A DNA stretch of 61,740 nucleotides, the filler included, from Sphacelaria rigidula (taxonomy: Eukaryota): the NCBI GenBank assembly GCA_964200075.2. It is 6 parts of 6 records of this genome, joined end to end, with 100 filler letters (N's around TTAATTAATTAA, not from the genome) between each part and the next. Parts side by side here need not be neighbours in the genome. Positions count along the whole stretch, not along the records: positions 41,230 to 51,435 come from CAXNAA020006933.1; positions 51,536 to 61,740 come from CAXNAA020006934.1; 4 more parts are not named here. The stretch is one strand, 5' to 3'. The translations under genes and the position numbers were made by a program. The notes under the pieces were generated by a model. It did not search any database and was not told where the DNA came from. It saw nothing but the letters and a program-made list of their open reading frames with translations. Shown piece by piece: positions 47,846-61,740 of the stretch (positions within the stretch are counted from its first letter, which is position 1; each line of letters starts with the position of its first letter).

Positions 47846-50800
47846 CTAGGCTGGCCCAGCTCGTAAGGCGCTCCTTCCCGTTGGGTCGACATTCTATACT
47901 TTGGTGACGGTGACGGATCATGCTACACTGAAATAGGTCTGGGGCACGGAGCAGCACGTTGAGTAGGTCGGCGACTGCACTTCACGAATTCGCGGTGCAG
48001 CACAAATCGGGAAAATTGAACACAACGTCTCGGGCACTGTGTCAGAACTGTTGAAATCCGAACAGCAAAAAACAGACGAAGTCAAACCCGGCTCGCACCA
48101 GTCTGTCCGCGTTGCACACAACATAACCATACCAGCTGTCTCAAATTTCAGCTGACGACCGATTAGTTCTCCACAGTGCAGCACTACTACAGACAACACT
48201 ACAAGAGCACGGGTCGTCTTCACATCAGCCCTGTCACTCATACCCGCGGCCGAACGCCAAATCCGAAGGCAGCGAAATCGTCGGTTGTGGACTGCGAAGA
48301 CAGCAAAAACTCGTGAGCTTTAAGCTGCTCACGCCCAGGCGGGCCGTGGGTGGTGAAGGAAGGTATTGCTCAATTGCGCTTGTTGTTGAAACAGGGAAAA
48401 TGAAAATCAAGGTACTTTCCCCATTATCGATGGGCGGGGATGGACTGGCTGGGTGTCGGCCGGAAGTTGAAGTGCCTTGATTGATTTGGATTGATAACAC
48501 GAACTGTTGATCAGAGAAACAGAACAGGAAAAAAACAAATGACAACTATATTCGAAAACAAAATCACGAAAAATATCAGAACAAAACAAAACAAGGGCAG
48601 CAGACGCGCCATAGATCACCTGAGTAAGTGGTCCGCGGTAGTGAGAAACGCCGAGAAGCCAGACAGGAAGAATTCGTGTATAAAGTGAGGCCTTGAGAGA
48701 AATGCATGAAACATTCTCCCATGGCGCGCGTTGTCACCCCCCGCGAGGCGATCTTCAGTAGTGTTGAGGTGTGCAGTGCGCATTTTGCATGATGCGACAA
48801 ACGGCCTCATCACGGGCATACACTAGTAAGCGATCTAACTATTCAGCGGGGTTTGGGGGTTTTCCTCGCGGACTACTCTTCGATTGAACTCCCAATTGCT
48901 ATCGTCCGTAGATTTTGGTACAATAAACGAATGATCCTCAAAACACAGTGCCCCAGCCATTGCTAGTTGGTGTTATCGGGCGAAACGAGTAGATACCCCG
49001 TTCATCAAGAGGGTGTTATTGACTGTGAAACACAGTTTTTCGGCTCTAGTGCAATGAGTAGGCATAATAAAAAAAAAACTGTACATGTTTTCAGAAATAT
49101 GATCCGGACAGGCTCGATTGATCGAAAATACCGAAGAGTAAGAATCTGGGCTGAAACGTCGCAGGACCCCCGATGATCGGTCAGCCCGTAAGTCACTCAA
49201 TATTGTGTACAAATACATATTTTATTGGAATGCGGAGCTTATACAAATATCTTCAGATCCTCATTGTGATGAGCGGTGGCAAGCGAAAAGAGCCCAAGAA
49301 AATCGCCGATTACGAAGAAATCACAAAATGCCTCAAAATGAATAGTCAGACCGCCCACTACTGTAGGTCCACACTTCGTTGCAGCAAGCTGCCTGGCAAT
49401 CTGTGGGGTGGTTCCTTCCGTTTCCAAGCATCAAGTCTGATGATTGCCTGTTGATCGAGGCGTTCTCTAACTCGTTCAGCAAGAGTGGTGAAAGTAAACG
49501 CGTCGAAAATCATACCGGTGGTGCTAGAAAAATATGGAGGGAGCTTCGAATGGTGATGCTCGTGCACGCTCAGGTTCGCTCCGGGCAAGGACCTACACCT
49601 ACTGTGCCCGGCGTACTTCTTGCGGCACTCCTCCTCGTGGTTTTCCTTGTGAGGTCCATCGGGTCCCGAGAAATATCCCGCTCGTTGAACCGGAGTATGG
49701 GTGGGGTTTGCCAACCCTCGACTCTCGCCAGAAGTTGAACGAGATGCCATAGCCGGGTATCACACCGTCGTCGTTCGTCCCACGCCCCCCGAACTCCGCG
49801 GACAACGCAATTTGCAGAGCCTCCACAGAATTTTCGGCAACCCCATGCCCCACTCCAGCTCAGATAAAACGCTGTGCGATGACCAAGCACGGGAGTAGCG
49901 CTCAGAGTACGCAGCGCTATCGCATGTGATCATAGTGGTGGTCAAACGCAAGATATCCCGGAGTCCGATCCCGTCCCGATTACGGCAACAAGCAACACAT
50001 CAGCGGAAACGTAAAACGGGAATAAAACGTCGCAAGAGGCACAGCATCTCAGAAAGCAGGGGGGCAGGGAGCGAGGTGTGAAGAGGACTTCTAAAAGGCG
50101 TCAATATTACTGCCGGGCCTACGGAGAGCTGAAGCGCTTGTTTACTGAACGTTACAGCGCAAGCGAGGGAGGCACTACCCCCGTAGATAAATGGGCGTTG
50201 TCGTCCCATCTGCATAGCGATACCGCTCGCCATGCCGTCCGCCTTCTGCCTGAAGACCATCCGCGATAAGCCCAACTTTGAACCGGTGATATCAGTTCGA
50301 AAATCACTCTAGCGGGGGGTTACTAGCTTGAGAATTTCACCAAGGACCTGTGTACCAAATATATATACATACAAGAGTTTCGGCGACTTCGCTGCCACGA
50401 TCAGTGGATCGACAGCCAAGATACATGAGCAACGGTGATAGCTGTGTGCGATGAGTAATAACAAATGGTCATAGTTTGGGCAAGAGGCCGTCGCTGCTCA
50501 CTAGCTGAGCATGTGCGTGGCGATTCAATTTAGAAAATGATGCTGATTACAAAAATAAAAACGTTTTCCCGTTTGTAGTCCGAAGACGAAGAAACATGGG
50601 TGTCTCGTGCACAGGGACACATGCAAAGGCTTGACACTTGATGAACTGCTCAATTGCATCAAAGGTGAACCTCGAGAACTCATTGGCCCCACACAAATGA
50701 CCCGAAAGATGATTCCGATTCAATTCTTGGAAGGGTCCGAGACGTCGAGAGAGGAAATGCATCGAACGGAACACATTGCAACGCCAAAACGCCCCGACAC

Positions 50801-51172
50801 CACGCACAACACAGTGCGGAAGACAATTGTACTCCAAACCCAAGCAGACGTTTATCAGATTCCCATTTCCAGCGAAATGCAAGCGAGGAGGTATCAGCGA
50901 AAAATCGCATTTTAAAATCAAGTAAAGACTCACACATCAAAACATGCTCGAGGTGTTCAATGCAGAGCGGTACCATGATTGATTTCGTACTTCTCCTAAT
51001 TGTCAAATAAGTATGATGCCGATTCTGTATTTTCAAGTGAAATCGATGCCGCATCCACGGATGAGTGGTCGACACGGATGATGGTACCCTTGACGGTCGA
51101 AGAGCCCACTATGGCGTGGACAGGAAATCCATGGCAACCCAAGCCCTAATGCCATGTAGAACACAGCCTCAA

Positions 51173-51272
51173 CCCTTGAACCGCGATGCGGGTAGTCCAT
51201 GTGGATCACACATACTTTTTCAAGTGAAATGGAAGCTAATTCAGAAGGTGACCTACCCTTGATCACAAGGGG
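51173..51272. mobile_element. ~100-bp piggyBac-type MITE
   Basis: TCAA|CCCTTG...CAAGGGG|TTAA. Reverse-complement homolog of 6910-7011. Confidence 0.75.
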
Positions 51273-51435
51273 TTAAAAGGCCATGCAGGACATCGTGCAT
51301 AAAACAATCGTACTCTACGCCCAAGAAAAAACAGAATGCACACTAATGTCGAGCGAAATGCGAGCGAAAAGGTGTGTGTTGTGTTGTCGTCCCATTTATT
51401 CTGGGCACCAGTCTACATCTTTCGGTGTATGTGGG

Positions 51436-51535
51436 NNNNNNNNNNNNNNNNNNNNNNNNNNNNNNNNNNNNNNNNNNNNTTAATTAATTAANNNNNNNNN
51501 NNNNNNNNNNNNNNNNNNNNNNNNNNNNNNNNNNN
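51436..51535. other. artificial contig linker
   Basis: 44 N + TTAATTAATTAA + 44 N. Confidence 0.99.
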
Positions 51536-52678
51536 CAACTGATCAAGAAGGGACGCCGCTGGGTGGGGCCGCGGCTAAACAACCCTAAGTTATGACAGTA
51601 GCAAACGCGATAACAACGCGTCACGGAATCCAGGGTCTACGAGCAGACCCGCACAGAGTATATCTTGCAACGCCTCTGAGCTTCATCACACATGCTCAAT
51701 TCAAACCTAGCGGAACGATCAGATTTTTTTCGTGAGGTAAGGGCATTGTCCTGATTTCTAGGTACTGATTATTGCCATTATCTCACGAAAACAAATTACC
51801 GTCCCCATCGATTTTTTTCCTCCTTGCCCTATTCTTTCTCCATACGAGTACCAAATTTGAAAGTTCAACTCTCGAAATTGAGGTGAGGCGGAGTTCGCAA
51901 ACCACAATTCGCGTCTAGGCCGCCCCCACTCGTACTTGTTGGGCTATCCAATATTATGAAGGCATTTCACAACGAGTATAATTCGTCATCCGCGACGTCA
52001 AATTGGAGAAAGTCATGCTCCAAGGCCCAAAATCTGCTGTGTTGAGAGGTAGACGTCCTTGTGAAGAGTTGCCCACATCAGCACGGATACCTGGCGCTGC
52101 ACACCTGCCCCGCCGCATTTGGCAGCCGGATGGAAAAGGGTGCATATCACTGCGGAGGGGGAACGTGTTTTTTGTGCGATATGTATCCCGTCACAGTAAT
52201 ACCTGACGATGATGGCACAGGGCATTCCTAGTGGCCGCACAACGAGTACTGTACTGTTGTGTGTAGTACTCTCTGTACGATGCGAACCATATGCTAGAAT
52301 ACCCGCGAGCAATGCTACGGTAGGGGTACAGCAACATTTTCTGGCATTACGATTATTAGGAGCCCTATATCTCACTCGAAACACGACTTATGCAACTAGT
52401 GAGAGTACGCCAGGATTACTAATCCAATGTGCGAGGGGTATCCCCAATGAACTTGCAAACGGGGATGCCCTGACCCATATTCTCATGAATCTCAAATCGT
52501 TGGGAGCCCCTGAACCAGGCAAGATTTTGTGCAAAAAGTGCATACTCGGGCAGACACATGTTTCTCGGATTTCACAGTGAAAGCTGCCAACCGTAGCATT
52601 CCTCCCGCGATCCATGCGCCAGGAAATTCCAAAGTGCGACTCCACTTTGTCCAATTCTGGAACCAAGTGAAACTTTAA

Positions 52679-52776
52679 CCCTTGGACCGCTAGATTAGTC
52701 TTTGTGGATCATGCATACTTTTTTTCACTTGAAATTGATGCCGATTCATCAGAAGACTAACCTCGCGGTCTAAGGG
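52679..52776. mobile_element. 98-bp piggyBac-type MITE
   Basis: Perfect TTAA on both sides. TIR CCCTTGGACCGC / GCGGTCTAAGGG. Confidence 0.9.
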
Positions 52777-55700
52777 TTAAGGCAACTCAGCAAAAGGGCG
52801 ATCATGCGCCGGTCAGAGAGAGCTCAAGATATTCACGTGGGAGTGTGCGTCATCAGAATTTTCAGTTAACTCTGATAGAAGGATACCAGAGAAACTGCTC
52901 GTGTCCTTCTCAGATCATCGTGTAAACGGTCATGCAAAGTCTGGCACTATTTGGAAGGAGATGTTGCCTCCCCGAACAGGTGCTCAGTGGTTCTCGGCAG
53001 AACACACATTTTTTTCGGTTACGCTGTACGGCCGCGTCTTGCTCGACACGGCGTATAAAACCCAAGGACATTTTATTTGCCTCTGATATATGGCGAACCT
53101 TGACGGGCGATTATTTCCGGTGTTGCTGCCAGTCTCGACCGACACGCTGCCAACTGCCAACCTAAACGACAGGGCCGGCAAGATTTGTGGCGGCCTCCGC
53201 GCGAATCATTTCCTCTAGAATTATTATTGGAAAGTGATAAATTTTCGGAACCATCGCATCATCCTGTCGCACCAGCCTTGCAGCATCGTGCATGTTCATC
53301 TTTTCAAGTCACGCCGCGCTCAAAACGCCTTCAGTCGCTGCACCTTCTGCGTCAACACCTACCTGTGGTTTCAAGTTGGACATACGTGAAGTTTCAGCAT
53401 CATCAGACGCCAGGTTTGTTTTGGTTGGGCCCTTAACCTCCCAAAGTACCGCCTCCATTATTGAAAGAACAACAGCACCAGGTATAAATTCGTCATTACC
53501 CGTGTGGGACAAGTTGCACTACGTTCTTTGTTGTCTCGAACAGTGAGGGAAACACTTCATGGGAAGATGATATGTTGAAGAGATTTTTTCATCTTGTTTG
53601 ATAGACAATTTCACGGGCTAATGTGGTATCCTGCTACTCGAAAAGACTGACAATGGGGAAAACTCATTATCGATGGATGAGGGGGATATACACGGGCAGG
53701 TTATTGAACGTTGTGTGTCATACACAACAGGCTGTGCAATTTGACCAGTACTATGGAGCGGAGTACTGTCTGTCGTGCGGCGAGTAATCGGCACTACCTG
53801 GCGTAGCACGAGCCAAGAACACCAGTTTTCTTCCTGGACTATTATCCAGTTTTTTTCAACTGGTCCACCTGGGTGTAAGTTTGCCAGCACTGCACATGTG
53901 TATATCACAACATCTTGAAACACTCAGGCTTACGCGAAAACAAAATCGGAACAGAATCCGACCTCTTTTCGCCGCGGTACGGCGGTGGTGCACTGCGCAA
54001 CCCCAAATTCACCAATATGAGGTGGTTGCCCGTAGTTTACATGGCATGCGGCCGAAGTTTCAGCGCATAAAAGCGCTGACAGCGCGTGTGCACGGCCGTG
54101 CCTCCTGAAGTGAGCACCTCTACAGGCGATACCAAGATATGTTACGCACAGAATGTCATCATCCACAGTGTGTCCCAAAACAGATCGATGTTTGTTTGCC
54201 GGCGCAGAAGCCGCCCAGCAGGTCAGGATAGGAAGTGAGCGCACCCGCGTGTCAATATATGCATCCACTGACGTCTCACGGAGTCTGGGCCGCGGGGACT
54301 TCGATTTGAGGGCGTATCGATGGCATCACCCAAATTCCGTATTCGCTTTGTGTGTCTTGCGCACCTCCTACGACGTGCCGCCGATCCGGGAATATGTTGC
54401 CTGTGTTGTGATTTACCCCTGTGCTAGATTTCAGGCTGGTTCATTTAGACACGGTGGAGAAATCCACGAGCAAAGAAACAAAGAAACGCTTCAAAAGCGA
54501 TAAACTGCAGTACAGAACCGTCGAAAGGTACATGAGTTGCGGTTACGCCGCATATTACAAGCGCGGCCAGTTGCTGTACAGGCTGGGCCGGCCAAGACGC
54601 GGACCGGGATGTAAGCACACGATTATGCACCTCAATGTTGAATCATTTTCTATAATTTTTTGACACGCTGTACAAGACTGACGTGCGAAGACTTCATCAT
54701 CTGCCCTCATTTTTTTCTTTTCGTGAGTTATTCACGATTTTGATCCAATATAATGTTCTGAAATGTTTAGTCGTCAATAACTTACGGAGAAGAAAACCAA
54801 AATGTAGGGAGGAGATGATGGAGTCTTCGCACATACATACATCCTGTACATCGTGTTTGAATTTCATAGAAAACAACCCAAAAATGAGCTGCATAATGTT
54901 TGTGTTGAAGATCGATTCCCACGTCGAGATGGACCAGTCACAAACAGATGAAACGCCGTTATTATGCTGTTCAATTCCAAGCCTTTCCCCACGAACGTTT
55001 GACACGATGTGCATGAGGGATGTTGTAAAGATCCTGTTATCCCCCCCCCTTTTTTATTTTCAATGGGTGTGTCGACGATATTGTACCGAAAAAATCTTCC
55101 AATTTTTCATCACCAATAAATTATAAGGAGTGGGAAAAAAACAATAAAAACTAAGGGAAAACGATAGGGGCTTCGCACATACCTCATGTACATCGTGTCA
55201 AAATTTCATAGAAAACGAACCAAAATTGACCAGCGCAACCGCATTTCTATTCAGAACCGGTTGACTTGCTTTTAGATTACAACCTCAGCCGGAACTTTGA
55301 CGTTCTCTACAAGCTTTCTTCACCCACTGCTCACCGGTTCAGACACTGCCACCAGACGCCTAGGCGCGTTGGGAGCCTTGTCTGCGTGCCATCTCCGACA
55401 CTGCGCGCCTACAGTACGACACGCATCGTTGTACAACGACATACATTGTTGTACCACCACCACTTGTGCAGCACCATCACTTTGCCGCCGCGGCACAACC
55501 GACGGTGACCGGAAGTGCGATTTCAGCCGTTGCTTTCCCTAATTCTGCCGCACATATCACCCTCAACTCTTTACGCTTGGCAGCTGACAAAAGTTTGGTT
55601 TTTCGTTTGATGAGAACTTGTCGGGTCGCAGTGCTACGTGAAGTGAGGGACGCGCGTTGATTTGCATATTGCTACGATGTGTCACAGTAGGCACAACTCG

Positions 55701-56094
55701 CGATGCATCGCCAGTTAGAACCGGCTGAAGGAAAGTCGCTTCTTGGGCGGCCCAGCCTGTACTGTGGTACCATCCGAACCTTCCGTTACCGGCCGTCGAG
55801 TAGGACGCCAACAACAGGAGGGTTCGCGTGCGCGTAGCGGCTTGTGTGCGGCACTTAGCCCTCCCATGCTTTCTGGTTTACATGGAGTCGACGGCAGTGC
55901 GCATTGCAGACTGAGGTACCGCGTAGATGCCAAATGGCGCGCCGGTGTTGCGTGTGTATCAGTTCGAATGCTGCCGTAGATGCCGCCACGAACGTTTAGG
56001 GTTAACTAAGGCCTAGTTTTTTTCACTTTGTTGTACTCCCTGAAAATGCATTATTTCGGCAACTTCTCATGTCCCCGAAAAAACACTGTCGACA

Positions 56095-56605
56095 TAATAA
56101 GGCTTTTTGGCTCTTCCGTGTCGTTTTTCGTCCGAGAATAAGGTTAAAGCGGAGGTTGACACCTCTGAATGACTTCATCTATTCGTCGATACCGTTTGAA
56201 ATCGCCTTTCCGTTATACCGTTCGAGATCGCGTTTCAGTTTTCCGTACGTCACGGCTCTAGCTTTGCCCGAGCTTGAATTTTCAGTAACAAACGACCAAG
56301 TCAAAAACAGACGTAAAGCGACGAAATGCCATTATTTTACAACCTGACACCTTGTTACTGAACATGCAAATTTCGCCAAAAACAGGGCTTTGGCGCACAG
56401 AAAACACGCGGGTGGTGAGTTTTTTTTGTTCCACGTCAGCTATCCTGTTATTGAAGATGCGGGTTCGGCCGAAAAACAAATTGTCATGGAGATTATTAAC
56501 GTGCTCTGGCACGGTGTCGACGAATGAGACAAGTCATTCCGAGGTGTCAACCTCCGCCTACCCCTTCTTTCGGGGAAAAAACGGCAGAGAAGGCCAAAAA
56601 GGATG
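56095..56605. mobile_element. probable MITE with ~95-bp inverted arms
   Basis: GCGGAGGTTGACACCTCTGAATGACTT..ATTCGTCGATACCGT inverted with ACGGTGTCGACGAAT..AAGTCATTCCGAGGTGTCAACCTCCGC. Confidence 0.7.
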
Positions 56606-59311
56606 GGTTCACAAGATATTTTTTTCTGCCATATAAGAAGTGGCATTAGTGTCGCTACTTTACAGTATGAAGTTTGGCGGCCTTCTCCGAAATTGAAGCG
56701 TCGTAATTATAACCCAAGGTCAAGTGATGACGCATGCAAGAGTTTCGAGTAGCCGCAGCTGCCCCGTGGGTGGCTCGCGCCCATCGCCGGGACTGCTACG
56801 TGGGAGATATTAGGCAAGTGGGATATTGCAGTAATGAAATGACGAAAACATATACATGATCAACGCCGGCATAAAACGATCGTGACATAATGTTCCAGCA
56901 GGTACCAGCCCCGCTATGCACGGGACCTTCTGTGCATACATCTCCGAACTTTACGCCAAGAACAAACTCATATCCGAAATGCGAGTATTAGTTGGAAGCA
57001 GGTGAGGTAATTCATACATCATTTTCGGCTTGGACGAAGTACTCCGCAATGCTAGGGTCGATTAATTCTTTCCAGGGAGTACGATACTGGAGGAGGCTTC
57101 ATAAGTTCCACATTTCCTTTCAAAATGTGTTGTGTCCTGAGCAACAACGTCTGCCATCAACACTCAATACCTTTCATGATAGCTTTATCCTCCACAACGG
57201 CCCACAAGGTTCACGCCGCGAAAACCTTCGACAAAGTGTACACCGCCGAGATGAATATCAAGATGCACCGGCGTCGTTCGATGCCCAACGAATCATTACA
57301 CTTGCAGTGGAAAACATCGAGAGGAAACTGCTTCCTTAAAATCCGGCGGCGGCGGCGGCGGCGGCACATATGCCGATATTGCATGCAGATATCATATGCG
57401 TGATGTCAAATACCTCCCGTAGTTTAATGGCTCAAGATTAGATCGTATCTTCTACACAGTCTTCATCCATCCCCACTGTAACCCGTGCGAGCGTTGCAGA
57501 ATACCTCGCCGCGGCTGGAAAACCTGAGGCGAAACGTATCGAGGACGGTGACGAATAAACGCACAGAGGGTCAACAAGCCTCAGGCCTGTTCCATTCGTA
57601 CACGGGGAGGCCATACGCCAGGATACTACCGGAACTGAGACGGCATCGCCAAGCGGCATCCCTGGTCGACATCAACGGGATATCGTATCCTCGCCAATAG
57701 GCCACGAGATCCGGTTTTCCGTTGCACACTCATGGGGAGTTTAACACACCATCATGTATATGCACAATATGCACCCCCTTGCTCACAAAATCCCAGTCTG
57801 CAAAAGTGTGAACACTCCAACCCCTCCACAGCCCCATTCATCCAACATAATTATTCTTCAACCAGAAACATTCTTATTCGAAAAAGCGCTCGGTGTACGG
57901 GTATGGGGGCGACGAAAAAATGGACGAGGACAGCGGCGGATGACTTCTGACACGAAACTGCTTCACCGACTCGAGTGGTATCGCACCGGTGTCTTATCCA
58001 CTCTCTCAAGCATCGAAAATAAGTTTCAAGTACCATGCCACAACGTCGTTGTCCGCGACTCCTTCCGAAGCACATGACTGCTCTGATGAGGTACTGCAAT
58101 GAGACTCACAGTCTTCTCTCTCATTCGCCTTTGCTTCGTCGTCGTTGTCACCTGGGTTCCACCTCATTCGCCAGCACTACTCCGACCCCTTTGCTGACCG
58201 GAACGCTCTGCGCATCGATAGCCGGATCGCATCGCCCCTTGCACCCACACAACATGGTGCGGCAATCATTCCCCATCTCCGCGCACTACTTGCAGTTGCG
58301 TTTGTATCTATGTTTCTAGGCCGTCATCAGCGGGTTTCACCCGCACAGAAGATGACTTACCTTCCCCGAGGGCTCGATGCATGCATGTCAAGACAGGTTG
58401 AGGTACGTTAATCGTTTCGGTCCCGGGCATGTTTTGATTTTGCAGGGGTCCGGGGATATCGAAAGCCGGTCAGAGCTGCAGCCTATAGCCTCTGCCAGAC
58501 GATCTGGACAAGAGGACTATCAACGAGGGACTCCTCCAGTAGCACTGGCCTCGTGCTCGACAAGTCCTTTCTTCTGACTTGTTATTATTGCAGAGTGATC
58601 CTCAACAGGCCACATCACAAGCCAGCAGCAAGGGGTCACATTGAGAAGGGCCATCAACCCAGTATCCCCTGTCCCCTGACACTGCTGCAATCATGCATGC
58701 GATTATACTGAAACCTACGGCTTGGTATCATTTGGCTACAAGCCCAATCACGGCGCATAATACTTTCGATTGTCGATTGTCGATTCTTGATTATATATTT
58801 TTTGCCAAGACACACCATGAAGTCGGCGAATGATTGTTTCGGAGGTGGTCGGTACCGCCGCGGCCAATCACAAGTGAACGTGGTTTCGGAATGTTAGTTT
58901 TCGGGTCTCGATATAACGCGGCGTTGCATTGCTGTACTATACTGTAGTTTTCTGCACTGTCGTACGGTATGGTACTTCGGTACGGTGTTGTAATATCGGA
59001 ATGATTGACTGCTCGTCCTTCGGCGGTTCCAACGTATGTGCTGAGCAATACCGCACACTTTTGAGAATTATCCTACATGTACAACAATAGTTGTACAAAT
59101 CATGACCATATGGCTATTGTCTAGACCCTACATTATCTTTTTGAATGGAAATTACACCGATTTAAGCCTTTGCTCGCGGTCGTCTCCTGGAGATAGTTTC
59201 GCCGGCTGACAATCCAGAGATATCCAGGGGTTTCCGGGGGGCTGGGGGGGGAGGGAGTTTTTGTCTTTCGTTTCCCGAACGTGGTAGTAGGAGTCAACTC
59301 TAGAGTTTCTT

Positions 59312-59695
59312 CGCAAGGCTTTCCACGCGAGCGGCGTTAGTAGTGTTTTTTTCACGCATTTCACACTCGCCAACCGGTTCAAACATGACCATGTCAGAGC
59401 TTGCTTTGAACAAACAAGGTATGTTGGTTTTGATGTCTCTAGAGGCTTCATTCAGTAAACCCGACATTTTGCTGAGATGACCGTTTCCGGACGACAAAAC
59501 GCGCAAGGTTTTTCACGCGAGCGGCGTTAGTACTGTATTTTTCACATATTTCACGCTCGTCACCCAGTTCGAATATGACCGTGTGATCTCAGAGAGCTTG
59601 CTTTGAACAAGCAAGGTGTGTTGGTTTTGATGTCTCTATCCATTCAGCAAACCCGACATTTTGCTGAGATGAACGTTTCCGGACAACAAAACGCG
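59312..59695. repeat. ~190-bp tandem duplication
   Basis: CGCAAGG.TTT.CACGCGAGCGGCGTTAGTA...CAAAACGCGC twice. Confidence 0.9.
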
Positions 59696-60304
59696 CCGAG
59701 TCGAGTCGTTGGCTATGGAGCAGCACAGTACAGGGATCAACACACGCAGAAAGAGTCGGCCAGTATGTTTGGAAACGATTGTATGTTAGTCAGGTGTCCT
59801 TCTGTGTGTACATCATTCGAGCTTCCAAACGTATGCGCGGCCTCGTTTCCCGTGCGAGTCAAGGCGCTGGGGAATCATGAACTGGCCGTAATGGTACACG
59901 GCATGCGTCGGCCTCGACGCGCCTTCCTAGGAGTCGGCATGCAAACGGAGAAACATGAATTATTAAAGTCGACATTATGGCTGGCCGTGGGTCGATATTT
60001 GTGATCTTGTGTTGGAGATGCTAACCACGTACGCACCTTTGCACATGGCATGCCTGGGGCACAGTGACAACTGCTTTGGGGATGACGGAATTTCGTCTGA
60101 CGAATGATCGAGAAGACAATATGCAACATATTATGTCCAGATGCAATAAAATCGGATACCACATTTACAGCAACTGAGCGGCCGACCCTCCTGGCCATGA
60201 AGGCGCAAGCATGATCACCTTGCACCAGAGGTTACTGTTTCCTCAATACCACTGCCAGCACAATGTACACACCCCGACCTGACGAAGCACCCTGTAAACC
60301 GCAA

Positions 60305-60306
<2 letters not shown>

Positions 60307-60400
<94 letters not shown>
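60307..60400. repeat. (GT)n microsatellite
   Basis: Seen directly. Confidence 0.98.
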
Positions 60401-60403
<3 letters not shown>

Positions 60404-61740
60404 CGTTTGCACCCACTACCGCAACATGTCAGTGACCGTGATAGCCACAGGATACCAGAACAATATTTTATCATGTCAACAGCAGCTTTAGAGGCAGTAC
60501 AGACAGCGCAGTCAGTGTGCTATGATGTGGAGTTTCATGTGCGACGAGAATTCGGGCAATTCCAACAATATACAAGGTACATTTGTTGTGCAATGCCTTG
60601 TGGGACGACTCTTCAATCTATCATTATTAGAGCACATGTCGATTGAGTGCAAGCACTCGGGAAACAAAATTGCGGGCAGCAGATACTTTTTTTTCACGCT
60701 GACGCGCCGACTTGGTCCTGTGAGGATGTCTTGGAGCTGGTGTTAGTACCTCGGGTGCTGTTTCGGCTGTGATAACATTGCTCCATGTGATGCTTGAGAC
60801 ACCACTATCGTCCCTACGCAGCAAAATACAACACCACCCAGTAGGAGAAAAAAATAGTACCTGGGCCGAACCATGCGCAACAGGTCTCCTTCGCACGCCT
60901 GCCCAAACCTCGTGCAGCTTTTCCCATCGGCTTCGAAGTCATGAACAGTGTCCGTGCAGTGCTTCTCGGAATTGTGAAAGCCCATGATGCCATGTTTGCT
61001 GAGAGTGCGTCTAAACGAAGACCACTTGTTCGTGGGTCGTGATAATTTGAGAACTCAACTTTCCAGGGGCCGCTTCCGCTTCACTTCTGGTCTCCACCAC
61101 ATCGGTGAGGCTATCCAGATTGTGGAAAGGGCCACGAAGAATCAACGAGCAAGCGTCGTCGCTGCACGACTCGAAAGCCGCTGACACGTTCACATAGGCC
61201 ACGGGGTGGCTTCACCAACGCATCTACCCCACGTGGGTATTCGTTTTATTAACCTTTGAGCACCACGCCTTGCCAGTGCGATCTTGATGTTGACTTGTTC
61301 TTACAAACATGTGCTTGTCTCCTTATTCATTTGAGCGTGTATCATGATAGCTGAACGGCTCATACCATGTGAAGGCTTGTAGAGCCCTCGCAATGATGCT
61401 TCCGGTTCATAAAATACACATCCGTTACCGAGTTGTCCCGTCCGATGCTTTTGCGTCGCCGTGACCGTTCTCTCGGACCATCATACTATAGGTACCCTTA
61501 TGCTGGCACTATTGAGCATCGAAAAATGACGGCACACCACCGCGTGTCCGTACAAAAGCTCAACTAAGGATGTACACTGTGTGCGATGCTGGGGAACGAT
61601 TACTCACTCTTTCGTTAATGCTATGACACTTTCTACGATAGCCCCCCCCCCCAAAAGTGCATGGTTTCGGGAGGCAAAAGCTTCACGTAAATCGAAATGG
61701 GAAATGCCGAGCACCACGAGAAGCTGGGAATTTCCACGCT

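Noticed and set aside
49170-50280. Overlapping ORFs as a gene or viral insert
   Set aside because: No recognisable domain or splice structure, and no giant-virus hallmark gene was seen.
60215-60646. HT/CV-repeat ORFs (also 10257-10544, 18280-18720, 25699-26362)
   Set aside because: Translations of microsatellites.

Overview
Eukaryotic, intron-rich and TE-rich DNA. A brown alga (Phaeophyceae) or related stramenopile is inferred from the repeat landscape and gene style, not proven. The window is not one locus. It is six unrelated contigs of 10208, 10207, 10207, 10207, 10206 and 10205 bp, joined by artificial 100-bp linkers (44 N + TTAATTAATTAA + 44 N). Two host genes can be spliced together by eye with phase-consistent GT-AG introns. 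One is a 4-exon PNISR-like + FHA + RS-domain protein (11199-16531). The other is an 8-exon internal fragment of a divergent HECT E3 ligase (21529-29802). The rest is decayed Copia and Gypsy remnants, three tRNA-derived SINE families, hAT-type, piggyBac-type and fold-back MITEs, and micro/minisatellites. The most interesting signals are: (i) two related families of short elements (10 copies) with one fixed end followed by an oligo(C) run, a variable other end, 9-16 bp target-site duplications starting in C/G runs and an apparently conserved RNA fold, i.e. a candidate poly(C)-tailed retroposon system; (ii) a fold-back built from Copia integrase sequence; (iii) the PNISR-FHA fusion.
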